Assembly: GCA_050084515.1 (NCBI GenBank)
Contig: CM114271.1
Location: forward strand, 30,690,001 to 30,754,000
Direction of reading: 5' to 3'
Source: Blasia pusilla
Taxonomy: Eukaryota
Length of the DNA stretch: 64,000 nucleotides
The notes under the pieces are model-generated. The model saw nothing but the letters and a program-made list of their open reading frames with translations, did no database searches and was not told where the DNA came from. The translations under genes and the position numbers were made by a program. Positions 18,024 through 29,462 of the stretch are shown here, one piece after another. Position 1 is the stretch's first letter. The number at the start of each line of letters is the position of its first letter.

Positions 18024-18801
18024 TGGGATGTGAATCTATTTATATAATTATGGGAGAGTGTCTTCTTGATTTGCAGACACCTATATGTTGACACGTGACA
18101 ATTAGACGAAAAAAATGTTTCACATACTACGAATCATAAAAAATTTGAATTTGTGTACACTTTAGGAGCTATACATTTTTTACTTCCGTTCATCGCAAAG
18201 ACATCTTACTAGTATGTTTAAAAACAAATTAGAGAATTCTGATTTGATTTCAGGTGGATGGAGATGTTAAAAAAATGTGTTTGAGAGTGGGAAAACATTT
18301 ACGCAGTGGGGGACTCTACTCTCGAACTAGATCGAAGGTCTCAACCATTACTAAGAACCAATTATAACCAACTTCATTTGCATCCTACACAATATGAGAT
18401 TAAGTGAAGATTACGTGATGCTTTCTTGAGGCGAGCGTGCAATCTGTTCATGAACTCGTGATTCGTTTTGATTCGTGGTAGGGTTTGCAGACCTAGTCGT
18501 AAACGGTATATATGTTCTTTCCTGCAGCTCCAGTTTCCATTATTTCACCTATATCTCATTTCTTCTCTAACCGACATCATTTCGTTATTGTTCTCTTGGT
18601 GGCAGTTGGTAAGATTAATCTATAGAAACAGAAACATGCCGTTTCTTCCCAACCGGACCTTCGTCAATAATAACCCTTGTCCCTTGTAGATGCTTGTGCC
18701 ATCTGCCGTAGGTAAGTAAGATTCCTTTTCTCTCTTGGATTCCTTCGCATTGTCGCAATACACCACCAATAACCAACCTAACACTGGCGATGGATGGATT
18801 G

Positions 18802-19788
18802 TCAAGATGCGGCGTCTACTCGATCGCCTGCCTCTTCCTCCTGGGATGGAGCATGCTGCAAGCTCAAACCGACCAAGGCAGACGCCACCTGGTCGATGTT
18901 GGGTCGACTGTAGAGATCCAAGCTGCAACACTGAGCGGCAATCTGCAACATCGATTTCATCAGCTCTAGGCCTCCGGCAGCTTTTCCCGGCTGAATGAGG
19001 TTTTCCGCTTTCCCCGTCCTGAGGCGATCAAGGACAAGGTTCACGAGCAACGTGACGGGCCGCTTGATATCCCAGGCAGTCAAGAAAGTCGCCAACTCCA
19101 TGAGGAGCACTCCAAAGCTGTAGATGTCTGATTTATCGTCCAAGTGACATGTCTGCTCGTAGACGGGACACTTGTAACCAAATGCGCCCAGGGGTACCGG
19201 GGTGTACGAATCGGACTCGGTCTTCACAACCACGGCAATCCCCAGATCTGCAAGCTTCGCACGGTGGTTTTCGTCCAGAAGAACGTTGGAGGATTTGACA
19301 TCTCTGTGGAAGATGGGAAATCGGGCGTTGTAGTGGAGCTCACAGAGTGCGTTCGCCACGTCTATGGCCACCGATAATCTGTTGAACGCGTTGTTGTGGA
19401 GGTGGTTGCCTTTTCTTCCTTGAATATGCTGCCTCAAACTGCCTTTGGCCATGAATTCATAGACAATGAGGGGATCTTTGGGATCGAAGGAGACACCCAG
19501 GAGATGGCGGACGTGTGGGTGCGTTCTTAAGGAGAGGAGACGCTGGACTTTCATTTCTGCGACAATTCCCGCCTGTGGATCAGCAATGTTGGGCTTGAAT
19601 CGCTTAACGGCGACAGAGCTTCCGTCGAGCAAGCGACCATGGTACACTCTTCCATTTTGCCCTTCCCCCACACAATTCTTTAGTCCGAAGTTGCCCGTTG
19701 CTCTTTGGAGTACCCTGAACGTGAACCAGTCGATAGGGTCATCCTGCTGCACACCTCCTCTCTTCACAGGAGCCACCATCCTTGGCAT
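18802..19788 (-). CDS. RLK/Pelle-family cytoplasmic Ser/Thr kinase (WAK/LRK10L-like kinase domain, no ectodomain or TM in this exon); may have upstream exons
   Basis: Uninterrupted ORF from ATG 19788: FTFRVLQRATGNF, GEGQNGRVY, VAVK, LIVYEFM, HRDVKSSNVLL, DLG, GAFGYKCPVY, KSDIYSFGVLLMEL, RP. Confidence 0.9.
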   Translation of the reverse strand: MPRMVAPVKRGGVQQDDPIDWFTFRVLQRATGNFGLKNCVGEGQNGRVYHGRLLDGSSVAVKRFKPNIADPQAGIVAEMKVQRLLSLRTHPHVRHLLGVSFDPKDPLIVYEFMAKGSLRQHIQGRKGNHLHNNAFNRLSVAIDVANALCELHYNARFPIFHRDVKSSNVLLDENHRAKLADLGIAVVVKTESDSYTPVPLGAFGYKCPVYEQTCHLDDKSDIYSFGVLLMELATFLTAWDIKRPVTLLVNLVLDRLRTGKAENLIQPGKAAGGLELMKSMLQIAAQCCSLDLYSRPNIDQVASALVGLSLQHAPSQEEEAGDRVDAAS

Positions 19789-20280
19789 TATTGCGGTACG
19801 CGCACTGAACTCAACGGCGCACCACAAATGATCAAAATATGCCCTCCAGTCGCTTGGTACCCGTGTGATTCTCGATCATCAATTAGCTAACCGGGGAATA
19901 AAATGTCTACCCTAGCATTGACTTCTCTTTTGCTTGTCCACACTAACAAGCGGACTGACTTACTGGATAAATCTGCTGCCTTCAGCACTTCGATCCTCCT
20001 CAATCCACCATCGGCGAGCATCAACAGTTTCACGAAAGACGCCTGCGGTGGCATACATCGCAAAGTTGAAGATAAGGTCATTAGGTCATTCCTAGCACCT
20101 ACAGCGTGTGTCCTTCAGCGTTTGTGTCGGCATTGACAGAGTGGTGTGCGAAGTAACCGTTTCGCACGAACGCAGGGCGATCAAAGCTTTGGGCTCCATC
20201 CGCTCCGAATCAAATAGCTGGCAAATTATAGGTGTGTTTCTACTTCAGTGACAAAGCTGCTGTGGCTTTCTCTCATGCTC

Positions 20281-20338
20281 CAGTTGAGGATTTCCACATC
20301 CTGGTCTCTCAGACCAGGATGTGGAAAATCCTCAACTG
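20281..20338. repeat. Near-perfect inverted repeat (27-bp stem, one bulge, 3-nt loop)
   Basis: cagttgaggatttccacatcctggtct-ctc-agaccaggatgtggaaa(a)tcctcaactg. Confidence 0.95.
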
Positions 20339-20756
20339 CTCTTCTCGCTCCAGAAACAAAGACTTACCAATTTCTCGCGAAAACCTCGTGCTCCAACGCG
20401 GTCATTGTTTTTCACACCGCTCCCAGCATTCGTCTCGAATTCATTCTCCGTAACGGCGCCCCTTTCTCCATCGAGCAGCAAGTGTACTGATGCATCTAAT
20501 ATCGTACCGAACTGAAATTCACGGTGCATGAAAAGTGAAAGTATTGATACGAACCATGGGTATCATCGCGTAATTCTAACACTACTATTGCGTGCTACAG
20601 ACGTAGAGGTTAGGTTACAGTAAATGGGGAGAGAGCCATCGTGCCATCTGTCGGCCGTGTCCATTCATCATCTAATTAGCCATCTTATCCACGGATGCGA
20701 AGTCCTCATATTTTGACAAGGGTAAACCAACACACTTACGGGCACAATCTAAACCC

Positions 20757-20827
20757 CGCCCGCACGTCGCTCTTTCCAGATCCCCCGGGCAAATCCCGGG
20801 GGATCTGGAAAGAGCGACGTGCGGGCG
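20757..20827. repeat. Perfect inverted repeat (33-bp stem, 5-nt loop)
   Basis: cgcccgcacgtcgctctttccagatcccccggg-caaat-cccgggggatctggaaagagcgacgtgcgggcg. Confidence 0.97.
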
Positions 20828-23189
20828 CCCTCACCAAACTGTTTGTTGAAATCGCGAAATCATCCAGTTTTGGGCCAAATCGTACTTTCTGCCTAGTCTA
20901 CGTGATGGAACCTGTTCAATGAACCTTTCTTGAAGTATACGATGACTTACCTTTGTTGCACATGCTGATCCAGCGCGAACCACATGTACGAATGTGCGGG
21001 GCAAGCGGCGATTCGCTCGACAGCAGAGTGGCAGGTGTGTGGCGTGGCTTCCGTCTCTGGGCAGATAGCATACTTCTGCTCATAGCAGCGGTAGTGTACC
21101 AAACGGGCGAGCTCCGATAACCCAATGTCTTCCATTGCATTCGTGCGAAACTGGAGCATTGAGGGGATAGCTTGGGAACAGGGGTGGGCATGGCATGGGC
21201 ACAGCCGACTACCAACTGTTCGCTAGCATCCTTTCACGCGATTTCACGCGATTCATGCCAATCCCCCAACGGACATCCGATTTAGGGTTACCTTCCACAG
21301 AACACGTATCCATTGGACAGGCTCTTGAATTCGAAGGTAACGAGAACGCCACAATCCCCGACCATCTTGGGATGCCGCTTTGTGAAGTCGAGTGGCCTGT
21401 CTCGTGAAGACTCTTCCAGTCTACCAATTTCGTAACCACCAGGGTTCTCAATTAGGTAGCAAATCTGCAGGCAATTTTCTAAAATACCGCAGAGTTTGTG
21501 AGCCGGCGCATCCCGCACATGTTCTGAGGTTGAGGTGAGAATTGACTCGTGATTAATTTGGTCTAATTTCGTTTCCAAATACAAGTACCGAGCAAAAAAA
21601 ATCTGTCTGTCTTTACATTTGAGTAGTTGGGGAGAAAACTGATTGAAATGAAGGGTTCCTTGCATTTTGCAATCAAATAACGGACAGGAATTCAGTAAAT
21701 TTTATAAACTATCATATAATGTACTCTATCTAGGATGGAGAAATGTTCCACCTTTCTTTTCAATTTTTTTGGGTTAATATGTGTAAGATTTAAGAGAATA
21801 ATTAAATTAACAGGTCAAAGATTTAATGAAAGATTTAATTAAGGAGATAAGTTATGCGCATGTGATGCTCGTGCTATGGACATCACATGTGATACCCTTG
21901 ATTCATGTTGTGGCATCGATCATGGACCCTTAAGTATGTGCATCCCGATACACCAAGTTAGAACCTATGGGATCATCAACCATCACATCAATGTCATCAC
22001 CCAATAGATGAAAGCCACCTAAAAACATAACGAGATCATCTCTTCAAGAAGAGGTTGCTTATGTAGTAGAAGGTAGGATACGTAGCTACTCTTGCCCAAG
22101 TTTATACTCTGCATTACAAGCCATTACAAGTGTAACATCCTTTCTAATCACATCATGGATCGTCATTTGTTCTCCACCAGATGCACATCAAAGATTTTGG
22201 ATATCCTTTCCATCAATGGGATCCGATCCCTCCATACACAATTTGGCGTACAAGAGACGAATCGAGAATATACCCAAAGGAAGATGAAATGGAAGAACAA
22301 GAGGACTTATAATAAGCCATGCCCTTGCTCGTGTACCTACACTTAAATGAAAGCAGACAAGCTTGATGAGTGTCAAAGGATACCTTAGAGAGAATGTTGG
22401 AAAAGCTGATTTGGAGCAAATTCTCAAAGGTCTTGAAGTGGATCAAGCCCTTCTATAATCAATTGATTGAAAGGAAGTATGATTATCTTTGTTGTGAGTG
22501 GAGGAAGAGCCCAAGCAGTTTGTCAATTGTATGCCCCTCCTCTACGTGGGCTACTACATGATCCATCATGATAATGGTTGCCCTCCTCTGCGTGGACTAC
22601 ATTATCCATCATGATAATCACACCTACTTAGGAAAACCTTGAAGTCATAATCAGGGATTGTTGGTGCAGATGCAAATATAGAGGAAAGTAATACATCTTC
22701 ATAAAATATAGGCAAGACAACTTGTCATGAAGCAAAGATACCATCATCTCCCTAACATGTATTTGGATGAAGAAGTTGACCAAACTTCATAGAATTGTTA
22801 TTTAAAGAATCTCATAATCCACTTGAGGATCCCCTAAATGAGGTAACAAATGAAGCCATTCTACATCTTTCAAAATGGCTTCATCGAAGAACTTGGAGAT
22901 ATAATCTATGAAGCCAATTGAGTCCCAAAAAATCCAAACCCCTTCAACGCAAATAGTAAAATCAAGAGTTAGTAGAATGAATGTTGAGGGAAGCCATGAA
23001 GGAGGCTATATGCAACATTTACTAAGCTAGACTACAAGGTTTAAGATATTCTAAGAGAGTTTCTCCACAAAATAGGTATACGTAGGAATCACTTCAGAAA
23101 GTGGACTTATAATATGGGTATCATCAATAGTAGAAGGGAAGAGACAAGATGGAAATTCTTGGGCTAATAATCAAAGGGCACAAAATGGT

Positions 23190-23388
23190 ACGAAGGCAAA
23201 GAGTAGGCCATCCATGGGATCCCCTAAACACATGCCACATGCGGATTGGAGAATACTCAACCTTACGTAACAGACCTATCCTCAACCTTATCTCACACCT
23301 CGGGACGAAGTTACACTCAAGACAGTCTGCTGGCTCTGTATGCCGTCGCCACGATAGATCTCTACCTATTGGCTACTAACATGTGACA
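23190..23388 (-). mobile_element. Fragment of the Gypsy-PHD family 5' terminus (segment B)
   Basis: Minus strand TGTCACATGTTAG...GTAGAG...GCGACGGCATA...GTGTAACTT matches 2777-2680 and 14448-14340. Confidence 0.7.
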
Positions 23389-25460
23389 GTGGCCTCATTG
23401 ACTTGACTTGCTACCCACTCTAGATAAATATCAAGATTGGAGCATATCTCATGAACTACAATCTCACAGTCACCAAGGATGGCCATTCCAAATTAATGAG
23501 GAAATAAGTGGGGAATAAGTCCCCCAAAGCCTAGAGATAGAGTATGGAAGACAACCTCCTACAATATGTGCACACAACTTATCTAGAGAGATAAAGCCAC
23601 TTCCCAGATAAAGAAATTTTGGAGATGCTCAAAAACCATACTTGATAGCCCGCTTGTTGATAAGCGAGGAGTATGAGGAGAAGTACTCTTGAAAACCTCC
23701 AAGTCAAGGTAAGTCAAGATCTAGTATATAGGCTTCCAAAAAATATGGTGCATCATCACTTCAAGCTTTTGCCTTAGGAGGATGAAAAGCTTCTAAGAGT
23801 GCCATTATATCCACACTTAGAATAGTTGAGTCTGTGCGAAATCCTTGCAATTTTACTACAACCAACAAAAGTCATTGACTTAAAAAACTCATTCCTATGG
23901 ATACTAAGTGAGTCTCAAAATCAAAGAGCCAAGCGAGTCTCAAACGCATATAAATTTAAGCTTAAAACTAAATTAGTGACACAATCATGGAATGAATATC
24001 ATTCATGGATAAGAGATGGATGGAAATCAACCCTTGCGAATCAATGACGAGCCAAACCTTTTGGACATGTACCTCAATTTCCTTGAAATCACCTTCACAA
24101 CACCAACGTCAAGGTTAGTGGCAATTCTGCCAATATTTATTTCCCCCTTCTCGCTCTTAGTCTTAATCGTGATAACCAAGTCATGAGTAAAGCTTGGTAT
24201 GCTCTTCATCCTACCGACTCCTCCTAGTTTGGTCTTTCCCCACACTCTATTGTAGCTTCTCATAGGTTACCTCCTATGATACCCCATACCCCACTTTCAA
24301 ACCTCATGGCGTAAGTTGTCCGATGATTAGAATTTATACAAGCTTGGTATTTAGAGTATAAAACCAAGGAACAATATGGACTTAACTGTTTATTTAACCC
24401 AAAGTTCGCTTGTGGTTGGAAAGCCTTCATCTAGTAGTTGATGGGTAATTCGAATGATAACCCCTAAGGGAATCCAAATACATCCCTAACTTATCCAATG
24501 GTTAACCCCCAACTCAATTTTCCTCAAACGAGACTCTAAATTTTTCACGGACATATATAAAGTTGTGATTGGCTAAAAATTCCAAGTTTCAACCAAAGAG
24601 GAGTTTGAAAATCGAAGAGGCACTTTGCATTAATAATATGGATATTACGGGAGAGGGGGTTTAGGGTCCCTAAGTCAATTTACCTCAAAAGGGACTCTAA
24701 ATTATTCATAGATATATGTCAAGACTCGATTGGCTAAAAATGCCAAGTTTTAGCTGTTGAGGAGTTTGAAAATCAAAGAGGCACTCCGCAATAATAATAT
24801 GAATACTACAAGAGAGGGGTTTTGGTATTTCTACTCCCCCAAGAAGTGAAATCCTTCTTGGAAAGCAAGGATCCTTAAAAAATAAGAGGTTCATATTTGT
24901 TAAGATTAGAGTGAATTTTGGACATAGACGTTTGTTTCTACAAGAATGGACCTCCTCTACGATCTATGATTTTTTTCATTAATATGGGAGATTCAATCCC
25001 AACATAATGTAGAGTTTATAGATGTTATAGCCCTCAAGAAATATGGCAGAGTTGTTGTAGGAATAGTTGCATGGATTAACGTAGGAGTTTCGATCTTTAA
25101 CATTCAAAAATGGGAATTTGAACTATTGCGGGCCAAATGAGTGATGTATTCATCAACAAGGGATCACTCCATTGATACATGGGATGAGGACTTGGGTTCC
25201 CACATTTTCAATCTTAAGATGTTTGAAGGGTTCCTCCTTTTTCTTTGTGCTAGATGTGGCCTCAATGTTCTTCACTCTTTGATTCCCCCTCTTTGTAATG
25301 GGTTCCCCTGTTTCCTTTCATTTAGGTATTGTTATATAGAGATTTTCAATCTATGGTTGAAATCCATCATAACTCATACAGCATGTCCTTGGTTGCCAAC
25401 AACCATCCTTGCATTAGATATACTAACCATATATGGGATTAAATTGTCCTAGAATCCCTT

Positions 25461-28400
25461 TTTCGTGCGCCTGCTCTCCTCGAACATCAATCTCACTGTT
25501 GCGGAAGCATACGTTTAGTAGGACACGCTCTCATCGCCAACTTGCATCCAAACGCACTCAAGTTAGTCTAGGTTTGGGTCAAGCAGCCTTCCATCCCACC
25601 GAGTCCTCGCCTTGGCACCTCATCAAGCTCAACCTTCCCTCATTCCTAGGTTCCCAACACGGGCAAGTCTTCCGAGACTTGGGACAGACTTTTTGGTTAG
25701 TCCAGGCACCTAAAATGGCATTTGCACGCCTAGCGGTCCCAACTATCTAACAGAACTCGCATGAGTCCCCAACCAAGCCTCAAAAATATGAGTCGCGAGT
25801 TGGAATCCAATAGGGACCTCCAAAATCCACTCTATTGGACTTGGTTTGGGTTTCTCGAATCCCAACGCCAAACTCCTGATCCGTTCCGTGCCCTTGGGTC
25901 GCCCCGCGGCGCCCAAAGTGGGATTTGAGTCCCAAGCACCCTTGGAGACCTTCCCCTTTACTAGTACTTCTGGGGATCTCGGGGGTCCCCATACCTTTGG
26001 GAAAGAGCACCCGGGCCCCTCTTTCTGGCCCTTTCTGGCCCTCAACCTGACTCCCCATACAGTTTCTTTTGGCTCATATTTTGTCTTTTTCTTAAGCGTT
26101 TGCCAAAAGCTTTGTTGCGTAGGAACCAACTCTATCTAAGCTTTCCAACGCTTTCTTATTTTCTCCAAAAGCATCTTGGGACTAAAAGTTATGGTCAAAA
26201 GTACAGTCAAAAAATCCAAACGCTAGCCGCGTCCCAAGTCTTGTTCTCATCCCTTGGCCACGTCTCCGTCCGAGACTCGACTTTTCTTATGTCTAGGTTT
26301 TGCGTTTGGTTCCGGTCTCTCAATCGCAACCACAAACCCATGAAACACTTGGAACGCTCGTTGCGCCTGCGTCTCGCACTAATGTTTCTCTAACTCCAAA
26401 GCGCAAACCATCCTAGCGTGAGCTCGCTAGAGATTTGATGTTCCGCTTGGTGCTTGTTTGGTCATGAGGGTCGCGACACTCACCTCTCTTTAGAGGTTGA
26501 TGCCCTCATCAATGCAAACCTTTTGACTGTCAAGTCGTATTGGGAAAGCGGACCCCTTGACATCGAATTGCGTTCTGGTAGCTAACCAGAAATTCCTCTT
26601 TTGGCTTAAATCTTAGGTTGTCGCTTGCAACACTTAGCATCATTTAGCATCTCCTCTTCGATGAGCCTAGACCAATTCTCAACCAATCTAACCTATCATA
26701 TACGCTAACTAAGGTTGCTACCTAAAACTTCTCTCGCTCATAACTTGCAAACATCTCACTTGTTTACACGGTACATGATTTGTACTACTTTTGGGTTGCT
26801 CTCCTATTCGACTTAGGAACATCACTAAGTTCACTCATGCACTCACAAGTAAGATCACTCCAAGTCCCAAGATAGAGTGATCTGCCCCGTCGATGCTAGG
26901 GTGAGCCCAAGTGTAAGGTACCCAACACTTGGTCCTGTTCTAGGTACTTATCCAAATACAAGCTCTCGCCTCAAATACTCCTTGTCTATCCTCTTGATTT
27001 ACATCCTAAGCATATGAGGAACCACTCATTTCCATGCACTACCAAGACCAATTGCAAATAACACAAGCATCAAATCTCCAAATTCATGCGTTCCTTTATT
27101 GCAACACTAGCCTGCTCTAGTTACAACAGCGTTTGGCCCAAGCTTCCTATTGTCACAAGTCATGTCCCTTGCTACTCTGTGTACTAACGCATGTGCTTCC
27201 CTTACAACCGTTTGAAGTCTTGCAACACCTCTTGCGCGTGTTCCAGGTTTGCCTCCGCAATCCAAGTCACCTCTTTCACATGGCAGCCCTTCCACTTGAC
27301 AAAGTTCACATACTTGTTGGCCCTATGCCTCAAACGCAAGAGGGTCTCCACCTCGAACTCCAGTTCTTTGCTCGCGATTACCGACTACGGTCTCAACGCA
27401 CGTCTTTGCTCGGGATCCTCATTATCCTGAAGATACTTCTTCAACAATACCACATGGAAAGTGGGATGTATCTTGAACTCTTCTGGAAATTCGAATGTAT
27501 ACACGTCCTCAAACGGGTTTGCCTTAATCACATATGGTCCAACATACTTGGCAAATAGCTTCGCGGACAACTCCTTCGGAAAAGTGAGATTCTTCACACT
27601 CAACCACACTTGTTCCCCAACTCGGAATCTCACTTGGCGCTTGCTCTTGTTAGCATGCTTCACGTACCTCAGTTCAGCCCTTTCAAAGTTTCTCCTGGCT
27701 CGCTCCTACCGATCTCGCATCTCCGCTAACAAACCTTCTGCCGTCGCTTGTTGGGTTTGTAACGGTGTAGTACCCTTTGAAAGGACCAGGTCAAGAGGCC
27801 CTTTTGGCTCACGTCCTTAAGCCAAGAGAAACGGAGATTCTCCAATGCTTGGTGGAGTTGTAGCAGAACTCCGCCATACTTAGCCACTTTGCCCAATCTC
27901 ACTGGTCTGCGCTCATGTAATTCCTTAAGTACTGGTTCACGAGGGAGTTTACCTTTTCTGTTTGCCCATCCATCTACGTATGGAAGGCCACGCTAAAACT
28001 CATCTTGGTCTTGAACCTCCAAAAACAGTATTTCCAAAAGGCACTAGTAAAATTTGGATCTTGATCTGAAACAATACTCCTTGGCAACCCGTGCGCATGC
28101 CACCAACTATCTGGAAGAGTCGAGAAGTTGTATAGGCCGTCGCTGAATCCACCGTCGGCACGAATCTCCCCAACTTACTAAACCGATCAAAAATCACAAG
28201 TATAGCATTGTATCCCTCATACTCTGGAAGTCCATACTCACACTCTACAAGGGTCGATCCGGAATCGGCAAAGGATGCAACAAGCCTTGTTTCTTCGCAT
28301 AAGAAACTTTGTTCACCTGACAGTTCACAGAGGTCTTCACATATTGAGCAACATCCTCTTTCATGTTGGGCCAGAAGAACCTCTTAGCCAGAACATCCAA

Positions 28401-29462
28401 CGTGGATTTCTCCCCTTTGTGTCATGCCAAGGGTCCGTCATGACATTCCACTAACACCTTGGTTCGTAGTCTACCTTCCCCCACATAGATCCTACTCTAC
28501 TTGAACCTTAGCAAACCATACCTCAAACTTATGTTGGCCACCTTCTCGCCCTGCTTCAACTTCCTTAGGTACTCGCTCGCCCGAGTGTCTTTCATGTATC
28601 CCTCACAAATCCTTCTTTCCAGATCAATTTCCTTAGGGTACATTGCTCTCAAGAGCTGTGTTGTCGATGGTATGTCCTCATCCCTATGACTCAAGACATC
28701 TGGAATGACATTATCCTTCCCAGGCTTGTGGATCAGTTCCACATTCATCAATGCCAAGGTATCATGCCATCATAGTTGTTTTGGTGTCTGTCCAACAGAA
28801 CTCGCATGAGTCCCCAACCAAGACTCAACAAGATGAGTAATAAGTTGGAATCCAATAGGGACCTCCGAAATCCACTCTATTGGACTTGGTTCAGGTTTCT
28901 CGAATCCCAACGCCAAACTCCTGATCCGTTCCGTGCCCTTGAGTCGCCCACGATGCCCAAAGAGGGATTCGAGTCCCAAGCACCCTTGGAGACCTTCCCC
29001 CTTACTAGTATTTCTCGGGATCTCCAAGGTCCCCATAGCTTTGGGAAAGAGCACCCGAGCCCCTCTTTTTGGCCCTCAACCCGACTCCCTGTACACTCAG
29101 TTTTGGCTCATATCTCGGCTTTTTCTTTTCAACGCTTGCTTACTTTCCCCAAACGCATCTTGGGACTAAAAGTTATGGTCAAAAATACAGTCGGAAACTC
29201 CAAACGCTAGCCACGTCCCAAGTCCGGTTCTCACCCCTTGGCCACGTCTCCGTCCGAGATTCGACTTCGCTTAAGTCTGGATTCCGATTTTGGTTCTGGT
29301 TTCTTAGTCGCGACCATAAACGCATGAAGCACTTGAAACTCTGAACTCGCTTACGCCTCGCACTTGTGTTTCTCTAACTCCAAAGTGAAAATTATCTTAG
29401 TATGAGCTCGCTTGAGTTCGCATGTTCCGCTTGGTGCTTGTTTGGTCATGAGGGTCGCCACA
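25461..29462 (-). mobile_element. Chromovirus-type Ty3/Gypsy element, internally deleted (gag and RT lost), with 5-bp TSD CCCTT
   Basis: 3' LTR 25461-26478 (TGTCGCGACC...) preceded by PPT aagagaggtgag; truncated 5' LTR 28771-29462. RNase H end (HKPGKDNVIPDVLS), integrase (IFDRFSK; KYVGPY...IHPTFHV) and chromodomain FEVETLL...FVKWKG...VTWIAEANL (~27230-27365). CCCTT at 25456-25460 and 29463-29467. Confidence 0.92.

Larger units (their letters stand above)
19964..21465 (-). other. Putative upstream exons (coding or 5'UTR) of the kinase transcript, or a small separate spliced gene
   Basis: GC-balanced non-TE sequence with GTAAGTC donors at 19963, 20367 and 20950, a GTAACC donor at ~21290, and YAG acceptors at ~19805, 20043, 20218 and 21152. 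An in-frame splice path to the kinase can be built, but no domain was recognised. Confidence 0.35.

Noticed and set aside
22080-22560. Overlapping short ORFs in moderately GC-rich sequence
   Set aside because: No recognisable domain and stops in all frames; probably old TE or pseudogene debris.
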